This document shows, one piece after another, positions 27,090-52,305 of a stretch of 64,000 nt of DNA. Every line of letters starts with the position of its first letter. The first letter of the stretch is position 1. A program made the translations under genes and the position numbers. This DNA is from Chrysomallon squamiferum. Its lineage: Eukaryota; Animalia; Mollusca. The notes beneath the pieces were generated by a model that was not told the origin of the DNA, ran no database searches, and saw only the letters and a program-made list of their open reading frames with translations. The stretch covers positions 11,904,001-11,968,000 of the forward strand of contig CM022667.1 of NCBI GenBank assembly GCA_012295275.1. The letters run 5' to 3'.

Positions 27090-28208
27090 ATTTATTTATT
27101 TATTTTTTTTATTATATTTTTATTTTATTTTATTTTATTTTTTTAAGAAATATGTTTTCTAATTTTCAGGTCACAACTTCAGTATCTTGCAAACCAAATC
27201 ATGAAATCTCAGGAAGACAACGTTTTCTCAGATAAACTTCACTGGCAGGAACTAGAGTTACGGTCCTTGCCACCAGGCTTGGGCAGTGAAAATGGTGAAA
27301 CACCGACTTTGTATATTCCTGGAAGTGGAATTGCCAAGACGTTGTTTGAAGATCTGTGAGATTTTAATGTTGAAAACTTTTGTTTGTCTCTGTGTATGTG
27401 TGTCTTGTGTGTTTTATAATTGCTTTATAATCTTTTTGTTTTTATAAATTTATTTGTGTTGAAATCTTCATCTGACTGGAACACTATTTTCCTTGATTTA
27501 TCAGTCCACATGCACTCTTCTCTCCCCTGGGGTATGTGCTGTCCTGTTTGTAGAAAGGTACATGTCTAAAATAATTGAATCTTAAACATGTAAACTGGCA
27601 ACTTTACTACAATTTTCATAAAGTTCTTAACTATTTTTATTCACATAGTAGTTTTATAATTTCAGTTCTGATATGTCTGTGGTGATGCTGTTGATGTTTT
27701 GTTCTGAAGGTGACAACACTGCTGATGCTGTTGCATTAGCCAATTATTTAAATTCCTGGATGAAGTTAATCACGTTTGAAGTGAGTTAAAACATTATTTA
27801 TTTATTTAATTTATTTATTGATTTTGTTAATGAAAATTAATCTGAAATATATGAGATATCTTTATTGTATTTTCAAAAAAAAATATTTTTTTTTGATTTG
27901 TGGTCCTTTTACAAGCAGATCAGTCAGATTTCGTGAACATTCTGAATTTTAGTAATTGAGAATCTGTTCTTTCTCAGTCATAAATTATTAAAAATAAAAG
28001 TAATTCTAAAATCAAACATTAAATAAATATTTTTTTGTTTTGTTCAACAGCTCTGCCAATGAATTAAAGATATTAACATTAGCTGATGAATATTTGTTTT
28101 AATTTTCAGAGTGAATCTGAAAAGTCCAATAAACCGTCATCTTGGAAGATACCAATGTCATGGCGACTAGTCTATGGGAGTAGTTTTGATCAGACTCTTT
28201 TTCATTAA
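24177..28208 (+). CDS. PSMG2: Proteasome assembly chaperone 2 (PAC2), 7 exons, ~268 aa
   Basis: Exons 24177-24233, 25000-25171, 25555-25613, 26442-26560, 27170-27355, 27666-27780, 28110-28208; GT-AG and phase-consistent (807 nt). Motifs FTLILPTVSVGNVAQLAVDLI, QQRSP, YIPGSG, FCSEGDN and C-terminal WKIPMSWRLVYG match PAC2. Confidence 0.94.
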
Positions 28209-29456
28209 AATGTACAGACAAACAAAAATCAGGAAATGTTCCAAGTGCAAAGGGAAACTCAGATTCCAACAGCATTGTAAGAGAATGGATATTTAAACTG
28301 GAGATTTGTTTGTCAGCTGACTGCTGGCAAATATTCTGTGTCATTTTAATCACAGTTCAATAAACAAGAATAACAAAGATGTTCTTTCTTCAAATAACTT
28401 GTGAATGTAATCTTCACTAGAAAATATTTTATTAACTCAAGCTGTGATAAGAAAATATTTGTACAAACAAAGCCATGGCAGTATACAAAAAAAGTTAATT
28501 CGAAAACCATAACTTTGTCATTATTTTTTTACTTTGGCACTACTGTTACAGAATTATCTCCCTTGAAAAGCCGATATAATTTTAAATATTAATTAATTTG
28601 ATCTCTCTGTATTAGTGAGATGAAATCAATATCACATTGTTTTAACATTAATAGTTATTTGCTACATATATAAATATATATAAATTTCACACACACACAT
28701 ATATATATTATATAGACATATACACTGTGTGCATGTGAAATTTATATGTGTTGCAAATAACTTAATGTTAATATATATATATATATACACACGCACACAC
28801 ACAAACATACACACTAATTTACACACGTGTATACGCATGTTAACGTTAGGATACAGAAACGTCTTTACATTAACCAATATTGCCTTTATTTCATATATTA
28901 TCGTCAGGCCATTTAAAACCCACCTTGTGATTGGCGTTTTGGAACAATATACCCGTTTGTAATTAACTTTTGCTTAAAAACAGTAGCAAATCTTTTAAAT
29001 TATTTATTAATAGTAACTTCAAATAGACTTTGATTTTTTTTTTTTTCCTTTTATAAATAAATAAATAAATAAAAAAAAAAAAAAAAAAAAAAAGAATAAA
29101 GCAAATTCGTCCAACTGACTGCGATAACGCACCCCCTCTGAAAATGGACTCATCCCTGGACTGACACTGAAATGAAACCATAACTGACATTTCTTTTTCG
29201 CATGAGAGTAATTATCGATGAATTATTAATGTAAAAAGTATGTTTCGCTTCTCGATAAATGGATGTTGTATTGTCGTTTGATAATGACTGTAGCAGTTTC
29301 TATGGAAACAACAGCATTCGCAAGATGTCACGGTCAACATGTAAACGATTAGTCCCATTATGTGTGTGCGTGCGTGTGCGCGTTTATATATTGCACGTGC
29401 CATAATAATAATAATTTGCTTTTAGTTTGTTTCTCTCTGTCTTAAACCAGCGTTAA

Positions 29457-29511
<55 letters not shown>

Positions 29512-29795
29512 AAATTAAATTAAAACAACAACAAGAACAATAACAACACTGGTATCAAAACACAGTTACGATGAATTGATTTTTAACATTTTAATAAGAT
29601 ATTTGATGACGCGTGCACCAGTCTAAATACAAGACCTATGCAACACATAACATATAAAAACAGTATAAAATATACAAAACATATATGGTTTAAAAAATAA
29701 TAATAATAAAAATGAATTATCGTTTACTGCATGTAAAATAGAGCTTATATATAATTTGTACAAATGATGATAACGTATTAGACCCTGTCATGACG

Positions 29796-38267
<8,472 letters not shown>

Positions 38268-38745
38268 TATCTTCTCCCTATTTACACTGCAGGAAATAAA
38301 ATACGTAAATAAACACACAAATAATAAAATAAATAAATAAACAAACAAACGAACAAATAATAAACAAATAAATAGCAAACAAACAAACAAATACTAGGAA
38401 ACAAAGAAACAAACAAATAAACATATATATATATCTATATATATATATATATATATATAGATAGATAGATTATATGTATATGTATATGTATATGTGTATG
38501 TATATGTATATAGTCACTAGTTAGATTGCCTCTGATCATCTTCTCTTCTTTTTCTTTTCTATTTTTCTTTTCTTTGTTTATGACCAATGTATATTTATTT
38601 TATTTATATTTTTTTAACCAAGCAATTTACTAATCAGTGAAAATCTCAGCATGTTAACGGTTAGTAAAACAAACAGAAATCACTATTCCATTGTTTTCTC
38701 TCTCTATCTGCCGCCTCACTCTCTTTCTAGCTCCCTGTCTGTTTC

Positions 38746-38870
<125 letters not shown>

Positions 38871-39321
38871 CTCTCTTTCTATCAGACAGTCGCCGTGTCT
38901 GACTGTCTTAGTCGATCCAAACTGAAACACTTCAGCCGAACACAAACAAAGACATCATTTTGCCTTTGGCCTAAATACCAGCAGTAAGCAACAGCTCTTT
39001 TATCCACGAAATCCTTCATATCAAAAAAGGAATTACACTGACGAAGTTATGTACTGTAGAGCTGTCGAGCTGTGATATAGTCAGGCACGTGTTTTCCTGC
39101 TCATATTATCTGAAAGTTTTATCTCATCTGTCCACAAACGAAACCCAGAAAACAAAGTCGAAGGCGATTTGAATAACACAGCGCACTGTCTCTGTTGGAT
39201 TTTGTATACAGATCAGTAGGTCGGGCGATAAGAGGGCGTTATCTGTAAACACCCATTAACACATATACCAAAAATTAACACATGCATATATATATATATA
39301 TATATATATATACGTTCACAC

Positions 39322-39359
<38 letters not shown>

Positions 39360-39956
39360 ATACAAACGTTCACACATTTTAAATCGCAGGCCATCATGAA
39401 TTTACGATCTCGCTGCCATACCAAGCAGAACGTGGGATTCGCTTTGGCTTGTTGGTGTTATTCTTACTAGCTGCTGCATTAAAACAGTAAAATTAGAGAA
39501 ACTGTCAAAATTAAAACGGTTTTGTTCTACAAGACAATCAAACCACATCTATTTAATAATCAGTGATTATTGGTATGTTGGCTAGGCTTCTTATATGCAC
39601 CACACGTTTATTTGTGTGTTTACAGTACAGCACGTTGCCCTTTTTTGCCCCAGTCATTGATAATTTATTAGGCCTTCTTCGGTAAATTCTGTACATAACT
39701 GCTTTATCAAGAGTTTACAAAAAGTGGGCATATATATATATACATATACATACATACATACAAACTATAACAGAACTACTTGTAAAAGCGCGTATATAAT
39801 TCATACTGATAATATATAACAAGAGGTGTGTTGAGGGTTGATTGTAAACTAATTTGATGGCATTTATAGCACAGCACGTTCGACTAAACATGCCAGTCTT
39901 ATTATTCACACAAACACTACTGACATAGTTACAAAGTGCTGAACATGATAAAGCAA

Positions 39957-40020
<64 letters not shown>

Positions 40021-40638
40021 CGGTGCAGACTTCTGTAACATTTGTCGTCGGTCGTGTACCATTTGTATCTAAAACTAGGACATCTGTATCAACAGCACTG
40101 CGACATCTCTCATAAATTTTTTTTTTAAAATAATTTAAAAAAATTATATCGATTGTGCGACATTTATGTACTTTTAACGTTCACCTATAACTTTCTGGCG
40201 AGATGATTATTTAGGTCGAACGCCAAAAAAAAAAAAAAAAAAAATAGAAAAAATATACGTCAATATTATAGTGTTTTCTTTTGTTGTTTTATTTCTATTT
40301 ATTTATTTATTTATTTATTTAATTTTGTTATATAACGATAAACTAAATCTGCTGAAATATGGGGAAGGAAAAAAAAAAAAAAAAAAAACCAAAGAAAAAC
40401 AAATCTTTAGCTGAATGTTTAAATACGAGCCTTGAGTATGTAACATAATAAAAAATAAAGACAACCACTCCTGTATCAATAAAGCAAACGATGTTTTATT
40501 CATCGCAAGGCACTTTAATGTGTTTACATGAAGTCATGCTTGAGAGGAGATAGACTCTGAATAATGCCAGCTAAACGGAGTCTCTCTTTTCTGATTAACA
40601 GCGTTTTGTTAATATGAATTTTATACAGACTGAAAAGT

Positions 40639-41246
40639 ATACACATATACATACATACATACATACATACAAACATACATACATATATACATTCATACAT
40701 ACATACATATACAAAAATTCCTACCTAGACATACGTACACATACATATATACATATATAAAACATACACACATAGATAAATACACATACATACATACATT
40801 CATACCTAGACATACATACCCATACATATATATATATATACATATGCATACACAAATACATACATACATACATAAAAAACTTACACATATACACACGGCA
40901 TACATTCATACCTAGACATACATACACATACTATATACATACATACATAAATACATACACACATGCATGCATACATACATACATACATACACACATACAT
41001 ACATACATACATATATACATACATACATACATATATACATACATACATACACACACATACATACATACATACATACACACATACATACATACATACATAC
41101 ATGCATGCATACATACACACATACATACATACATACATATATACATACATACATACACACACACATACATACATACATACATACATACACATATACATAC
41201 ATACATAAATACACACATACATTCATACATACATACATACATACAT
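40639..41246. repeat. ~600-bp imperfect (TACA)n tetranucleotide microsatellite
   Basis: Directly visible; source of the MYVC/HTYI ORFs. Confidence 0.95.
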
Positions 41247-41251
41247 AGTTT

Positions 41252-41480
41252 GTCTCGGTGGCCGAATGATAACGTCGTCTGCCTGCGGAGCGCGGGTGAA
41301 TGGGTGTCATACGTTCGAGTCTCGTCCGCGACATCTGACGGGTTTGTGAGGTCGTGATTGGACTTTGTCCTCCTGCGCCAGTGCGTTCTCGAATATTGTC
41401 TATGTGCAGAGTCTATTCAGACTTACATAAGACAGAGACTATTCAAAATCCTAAACTACATACATAGATACATACACACA
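41252..41480 (+). mobile_element. tRNA-derived SINE (tRNA-like head 41252-41333, unique body, TACA-type tail)
   Basis: GC-rich island with A-box-like TGGCCGAATGAT, B-box GTTCGAGTC and acceptor-stem-like GTCTCGG/CCGCGAC+A. The anticodon stem is mispaired and there is no oligo-T terminator. The body continues ~125 nt into CTACATACATAGATACATAC. Confidence 0.65.
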
Positions 41481-41611
41481 TATGCACACACACATGAACA
41501 TACGTTCATACGTGTGTATGTATGTGTAACAGTATGTATAATGCCTTCGATAAACTGTTATCTGAGAGAAAATTACTGACACTTTACGACCAATTCTGTT
41601 ATTTTCCATGT

Positions 41612-44932
<3,321 letters not shown>

Positions 44933-45849
44933 CAAGTAATTAGACTGCATATAAACAATTTGAATTAACTATGTGTGTGTGTATGTGTGTGTATATATAT
45001 ATATATATGTATGTATAGATGTATCGGTGTATGTATCTATCTATAACTGTATCTATGTATACACGCATGTTTGTAGGATATTGTATTGTGTAACTGCACA
45101 GAAATATCTAAATAGGATATTTTAATGAAATGGATAATGCGATACACGTTTGTTATTTTACACGTTTGTTGTTTAACGGTAAAAAAATAAATAAAAATAG
45201 ACTGAATCGAGTCATGCATTCGAGTTACATTCCACGGTGAGGTTTCTGTTTTTGTCTTCTAGATTACCTGATAACGGATTATCGATCTGAACAAATCGGA
45301 TACGCAAAGGTGTGTGAAATGTAGTGATACTGCTGAATAACACTAGCGACATGTTTCACATTATCTTCATTTTATCGTTCTCCTGACCAGCATGGATACT
45401 TTTGTTGAATTAAGTGTTCCAGTTTCACGCTGGTAGGAGTCAAGCGTACTTCTTAAAGTATCGACCGAATCTGGTGAGAACTTTTTGTTTGTTGGCATCA
45501 TAAAAGGAACAACAACAATTAAAAAAAAAATTTTTTTTTTTTTTTTTTAATAAAAGACATACAACAACAACAACAGCAACAGCAGCAACAGCAGCAACAC
45601 AATAACAACGACAAAAACAGTCATCGACAGATGTGGGAAGACCACATGGACAGTTTTTATCTTTGAAGATAACCGGCAGGTTTTGTTTTAGCGTTGACAC
45701 GTAAACATATGCGCGTGACTTGAAAGAGGGCCTCTCTGATTTGGATCACAATTCAATTATTTAGAGGAAAATGGCGGAATACTTCTGAATAACTTAGCCG
45801 TGAACTGGAAAAACTTAACAAAGGCATTCGTCTTATATTATTTATCAAT

Positions 45850-45890
<41 letters not shown>

Positions 45891-46155
45891 AAAAAAATGA
45901 GGGAAAAAAGAGAGAGAGAAAATGTTTTACGTTCAAGATAATACTGGAACAATGTTTTGAAATTAATTCAGTCATTAGATAATACAAAATTTTCAAACCC
46001 TTTTCGGACCCATGTCTTGACAGGAGCACGTGCTTACATAATTTTAAAGATACGAAACAATCCTGTACTCTTCAGTAAAGAATCGTATGAAGACTGGCAA
46101 AACATTTAAATGTAGCTTGGTACGAATGAATAATCTAAAAATAAGAAAAAGATGA

Positions 46156-46239
<84 letters not shown>

Positions 46240-47131
46240 TTTGCTTTTATAAGTTATTATTTTACGTAGTTTCAACGACAAATGACTAAAAATATAATAT
46301 TGCATTAAGTATTTGAATGCCGCCATTCAGTACTGCTGTAGTGACGTCATCGTGTGCATGGAGATGGGTGAAGTTTTCATTACAAATCGCAGACGTCAGT
46401 TCTAGAGAAAAATGCTAGTGCTTAGATATTTTTAAACTCAACTCAGATGTTTTATGTTTCGTTATTTATAAAGTCTGATTGGAAAGAAAAACCAAACGAA
46501 CGAAGAATAAACTTTAACATGGAAGTATGCAGAATATATTTAGTCTATCATAAACGTGTTCATATGACAATATGGGATTAGGGCATATGTACAATATTAT
46601 TATGTATGCACTGATTTTCTAACTGTAGAAAACATCAAACCTCAGTGACATTTGTACCATCACAGTGAATAGGATACACGTGAAGTATTGCCCCATATTT
46701 AAACCAAATCATTTTTTACCTTTTATTTTTTTTTATCTTTGCTTTTTTTTCTTCTTGTTTTTTAAATAATCTTTTTAAGTTCTTCTTCTTATTATTATTT
46801 ATTTATTTATTTTATTATATTTTATTTTTATTTCTTATTACTAATTTGTTTCTTTGATATTACCATACACCAGTTTTGAAATATATTTTGCATACTTACT
46901 TGCTACTGAAAGCTGCTGCCAAAGTCTAACTGAATAAATGACCAAATGTTACAACCTTAACATCTATCACAAAGTAATCTACACATTTCTCAGTAGGCTA
47001 CAAAAAAGTCCGGGTGATTTAACACAGATAACTGAAATATGATTTCCACGGAATTGCTGAACAAAAATCTCTGCTAAATCCTGCTGTCTCTAGCCATCCA
47101 GCTTACAGAACCCTTTCCTGAAACCCTGTCA

Positions 47132-47338
47132 GTCAAAACTACGCCCTGGACAAAACTCTAACGGACAAAACTACAGCCGGACAAAACCCTGACGGACAAA
47201 ACTACAGCCGGACAAAACCCTGACGGACAAAACTACAGCCGGACAAAACCCCGACGGACAAAACTCTGACGGACAAAACTCTGACGGACAAAACCCCTAT
47301 CGGGACAAAAACGCCGTGGACAAAACTTCAGTCCGTCC
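47132..47338 (+). repeat. Minisatellite of 12 GGACAAAA(C) cores, mostly 15-16-bp units
   Basis: GGACAAAAC-TCTAAC / -TACAGCC / -CCTGAC etc.; a 31-bp dimer is repeated three times. Confidence 0.92.
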
Positions 47339-48134
47339 GAAATTTCTTTCGCTGTGTCATGCAGGTGTCAGTTTTACTGGCCATGAATCACACTTAAACA
47401 ATAGAGAGTTGTCAGAATTCGTGTAAGTGCCATTTGATCCGGTACCCCGTGTGTCGTTCGGCTAGGTCGGGTAAATGACAACATCGTTGTCAAGCAGCGT
47501 GCGCAACAACTGCATACTGAGTAAAGAGTTAAATCGAAAAACTCTCTTTCGAGCCAGCGGTCAAAAATGTCTAACACATCCACAATTTTTTCAGTTGACG
47601 GGAAAAAAAAAAAAAAAAAAAAAATACCGTGTTTTTAATGTGTTTATACTTCTCCACAGTACATACTCTTGTTTCTGCCAGCAGTTATTATAAATTTTTG
47701 AGAGAAATCCACAACGATCAAATTGTCATGATATTGTTTCTGGGTTTGTTACTTATCGTCTGAATACTGCCAAACTCGTGCATACTGAGTGTTTAGCAAC
47801 AATACAAAAACCTACATACTTCCAAATAAATCCAGTCTGTATTTAGTTTCTTTCAAACCGTTCAGGCCTATTCAATAATGAGGTCTGAGTACAGTTTAAA
47901 AAATATCTGGGCTATGCCAATCTTCTGATATATATATATATATATATATATATGTATCTTCTTCGTCAGTGCACTTAGGTATATACAATTATGTATAAAT
48001 GTTACAAACAAGAGATGTCCGATCTTAAGTGTTTCAACGGAAACTCGCCTATCGGAAAAAGGCGTCATTTACTCAGTAATTCTGACAGTTAGAGAAGATG
48101 TGATGTAAAATATAGTAAACACTATGTGTATGTC

Positions 48135-48240
<106 letters not shown>

Positions 48241-48433
48241 GTGTTTGCCGATAATTACGTGTGTACGCGTACGTACATTTCGAAAAAAAAAAATGTCGAT
48301 GAACATATAAATGTGTTTGGTCTCACCTACTCGTCATAAACAGTAACTTTAGTATTATTTTTTTTTACATGTTTATTACGAGGTCAGTACCAGAAAGGCG
48401 AGTCCAGGAGTGTGTCGGTATGGTGAATAATCA

Positions 48434-48465
<32 letters not shown>

Positions 48466-49936
48466 CATCAGGGGCTAACTCGAAATTCAGAAGAAAAAAA
48501 TAAAACAAAGAGTAATGCATCAGTACACATAATGTTATCAAGCCAAAATCAAAATTTGAGAAAAGATTGTGCACCTGTCGTGAAGTGGGTCGTTGTTTTG
48601 AAAACAGAACGAGAGAACCGAGGTCAGTAGAGCAGGAATGTGCAACCACCCAAAACAACGGTCTGGGGTAAAAATGAATGATTGAATGATTTTGAAAATG
48701 TTACTGGACTGTTTTTCCCAGGCTGGAAAAAGATTGTCACTGTTTGTTTGGCGGGTCACCTCCTACTTCCCGCCCCCAGGCAGAAATAATGTAAATTATA
48801 TTTACAAACAAATAGTTTAAGTAAATGAACGTTAAGTACTCCAAGCGACAGTGTTATTTTGTTTTTATTGTTGTTACGTTATTATTATTATTATCAATGT
48901 TATTATTATTATTACTGTTGTTATTGTTATTACTATTAGTACTGTTGTTGTTATTATTATTATTATTGTTGTTATTATTATTATTATTATTGATATATCT
49001 TTTTCATTCCTAAGTCACAACTCTGTGTTACTTTTTATCACACATGTGCAATTTTTTTTGTTACGTATCTATATTATATATCTGAGTTACACCTTTTATT
49101 ATTTGTCATACATCACTGTTTTATCTTCGAGTTATACAGTGCGTTTGTCTTTCGTATCACACCCATAATTATATCTCTGTATTACACCCCATTTAATAAA
49201 AAACAAAAAAAAAAAAAACACCTTTCTGTTGCACAACATTACTGACTTCTCTGTGTTAAATTTCCTTTCCACACGTCTGTTGTAAGTTCTTGCTATAAAT
49301 CATTACCAAATTACCTATGATAAACATTACTAGTATCACAGGTAAAAATCTGAACACATCAACAATTAAAAACCCTCGTGTATTTCCTAGTCGAAGTTCA
49401 GTAACGTTTTGTTTTCTTTTCGACTAAAAATACATACTTCGCTAATAAATCGTTCTTCACTATTATATCATTCCAGAGTAAAGTAGATAATTGAAGTGTT
49501 TTCGACTTCCATAAAAAAAAAGAACGAAAAGGAGAAAAGCAAAAAAAAAAAAAAAAACGAAATGAAAGGACCGAAGACAAAGGATTACTCACAGTTTTAC
49601 GGTGTCGTCTGCTACTCGGCTTCACGTTGCTCGTTGTTTTTGTAGAAGCGCTACATCTGATCGGAACACAGTGTATTGATTAATCTTCCTGGATACGAAC
49701 GACACCGGAGAATTATTCGCTGTTGGTTGGAAACGTTTCGCGTAGAAATGTATAAACAAATGATACTGAGGGTAAAGAAACGTAGTCTTGTTTCATTGGT
49801 CCACTGTTGCTATTTCTGTTTCCTGGAATGAGAAAAGGAACAGTGGTAAAACAGTTCGTGAGAATTCTTAATGTTTTATACACATTATACGTACGTACGT
49901 ACGTACACATGTCAACATACATACATACATACATAC

Positions 49937-50014
<78 letters not shown>

Positions 50015-50218
50015 TCATCTTGAAAGAGAATATCCAGATTTGAAAACGTTCACACGTGTTTAAAAATAGTCACAGTTTTATCTCACTCGTGTGTGTTTGT
50101 TTCGCACAGGAAGACAGTGTTTGCAGATGACGTAAAGCCGACATGTTTTTACTTTAATCCTCTGCTTGTTTATGACTTATTTTGTTTTGTTTTTAGAGAA
50201 CTAAGAAGTTCATTACAG

Positions 50219-50290
<72 letters not shown>

Positions 50291-50320
50291 TGTGTGTGTG
50301 TGTGTTCTGGTATGTATGCG

Positions 50321-50355
<35 letters not shown>

Positions 50356-50903
50356 GCGTATATATATATATTCAGTGGTTGTTTATAGAAACCCACGTTT
50401 ATTTAAAATATGATACTTTCATTTGTATAAAAAATATAAAAAAAACAACAAAAACAACAAAAAAACAACAACAAAAACAACAGAAAAATAAATTAACGAT
50501 TGTCACGTAAAACCTTTTAAACTAACACAACAAACACGACAGCAAAAAATAAATTAAAATTTTTTAATTGTTTTGTGTTCTGTTATCACGCCTCGGTTTC
50601 TGATCTCAACTTCAGAGAGTCGATAACCAATAAAGTAGACTAAGATGTAAACACTGTCGTGTTAATCGTGTTGTGAGTACAGTTTCTCGCAGCAGTGATT
50701 AATACTGTATTTTAATGACGAAACACGGTGCCACAAAACGAGTAACGGGGTCAAACAAACAGACGTGGAAGGCGCTGTACAAAGAGTCTGTTCGTGATTT
50801 CCCGTAATAAATCGTCAAACATCGAAACAAAATGCCTTGACGATAGCAAAACAGACATGTACGACTCTAATTATACACACACACACACACGTACAAACAT
50901 AAG

Positions 50904-50946
<43 letters not shown>

Positions 50947-51838
50947 CACACATACACATGCTTTGACTTATATCAGCAGTTGAATATGCGACCCTCACAC
51001 TTGTCGTGTTTATCGGGTTTCAAATCGTGACGTGATAGAGCGATCTAAATGTAGTTAATTTTTAAAAACACACGATTTCCTTCGTTTGTGACATTTTATC
51101 TTTTGATGAACAACAAAAGCCGAGATCTTTAGAGCAATAATCATTAAAAGAGCCATGTCCTACCAAAAAAAAAAAAAAAAAAAAAAAAATCCCAACAGAA
51201 TCCAGACAAGAAGGTACGACAGTCTTCGCTTATTCCCCCTCGATTTTTTTTTTTTTTTTTTTTTTTTTTCACTTTGGAAAACGAACAAATTTAGTAGTTT
51301 ATGTCAGTTCACAGAATTTCTCACCTTTAATAAAACTCTGGAATCGCTCGCGAAGATCTGGGTGATAGGCGACTCGTTAAATTGTTTAAAAATTAAATAT
51401 ATTTCTGTCTGCTAGTTATGAGTAGACGAAAGAGATGCACCGCCACCCCCCCACCCCCCCACTTACTGAAATTACAGGCTCGCCCCTGGTTGCGGCTGGG
51501 TTGGTTTGACGTGTCGGTTAAATTTCAGACAAAGGTGAAAAAAAAAAAAAAAAAATCTGTTTGAGGATATTGAAAGAAAATATAAACGCTTCATTAAATT
51601 ACGATATTTCCACCCTAATAAAATAAAAAAACGCCCGACAAAAACACCTTTTTATATGATTCTTCTCATGTCTGTGTCGCTTTGTCAGTTGCCAGTTTGT
51701 TTAATAATGCGTTCTGTATTCATTTTTTAATTTTTTAATTTTTTAATTCCTCAGTGATCCATTAGAAGAACTTTATAATGTATTTTATGATTGTTATTTT
51801 ATTTTATTTTTATTATTATTATAATTTTTTTTTTTTTT

Positions 51839-51935
51839 GCTATTGTAAATGAATATACACGACACATATTCACATCCTGGATGTCTATTGCTATTTAATA
51901 ACATTGTTTAATAATACCACTGGAATATATTAATT

Positions 51936-51966
<31 letters not shown>

Positions 51967-52268
51967 TTTTGGTATTGGGTGTGTTAGTACTTGCTTTAAA
52001 TTGTCATGTGAATAATCAAATCCAGTGATAGAACGTTAATAAATTCTGATGGTGTCGTTAAACAACGCTTGCCTTCAGTATTCAGTTGTATAAAATCATT
52101 TAATGTATTCCACTGGCGTCGTTCAACAATGTTTTGACATCAGCATTCAGTACAAAATTGTTTTTCAAAAAAATAATTAATATATTCCAGTGGTGTTATT
52201 AAACAATGTTATTAAATAGCAATAGGCATCCAGGATGTGAATTTATTTCTTGTATATTCATTTACAAT

Positions 52269-52271
<3 letters not shown>
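51839..52271. mobile_element. MITE/foldback-like element with 101-bp inverted arms
   Basis: Arms 51839-51939 and 52171-52271 are reverse complements with 6 mismatches by hand alignment, extended by poly-T / poly-A. Confidence 0.7.

Positions 52272-52305
<34 letters not shown>

Noticed and set aside
41252-41333. Functional tRNA gene (apparent GCG anticodon)
   Set aside because: Anticodon and D stems are mispaired, the A-box is degenerate, there is no oligo-T terminator, and the sequence continues into a SINE-like body and tail.
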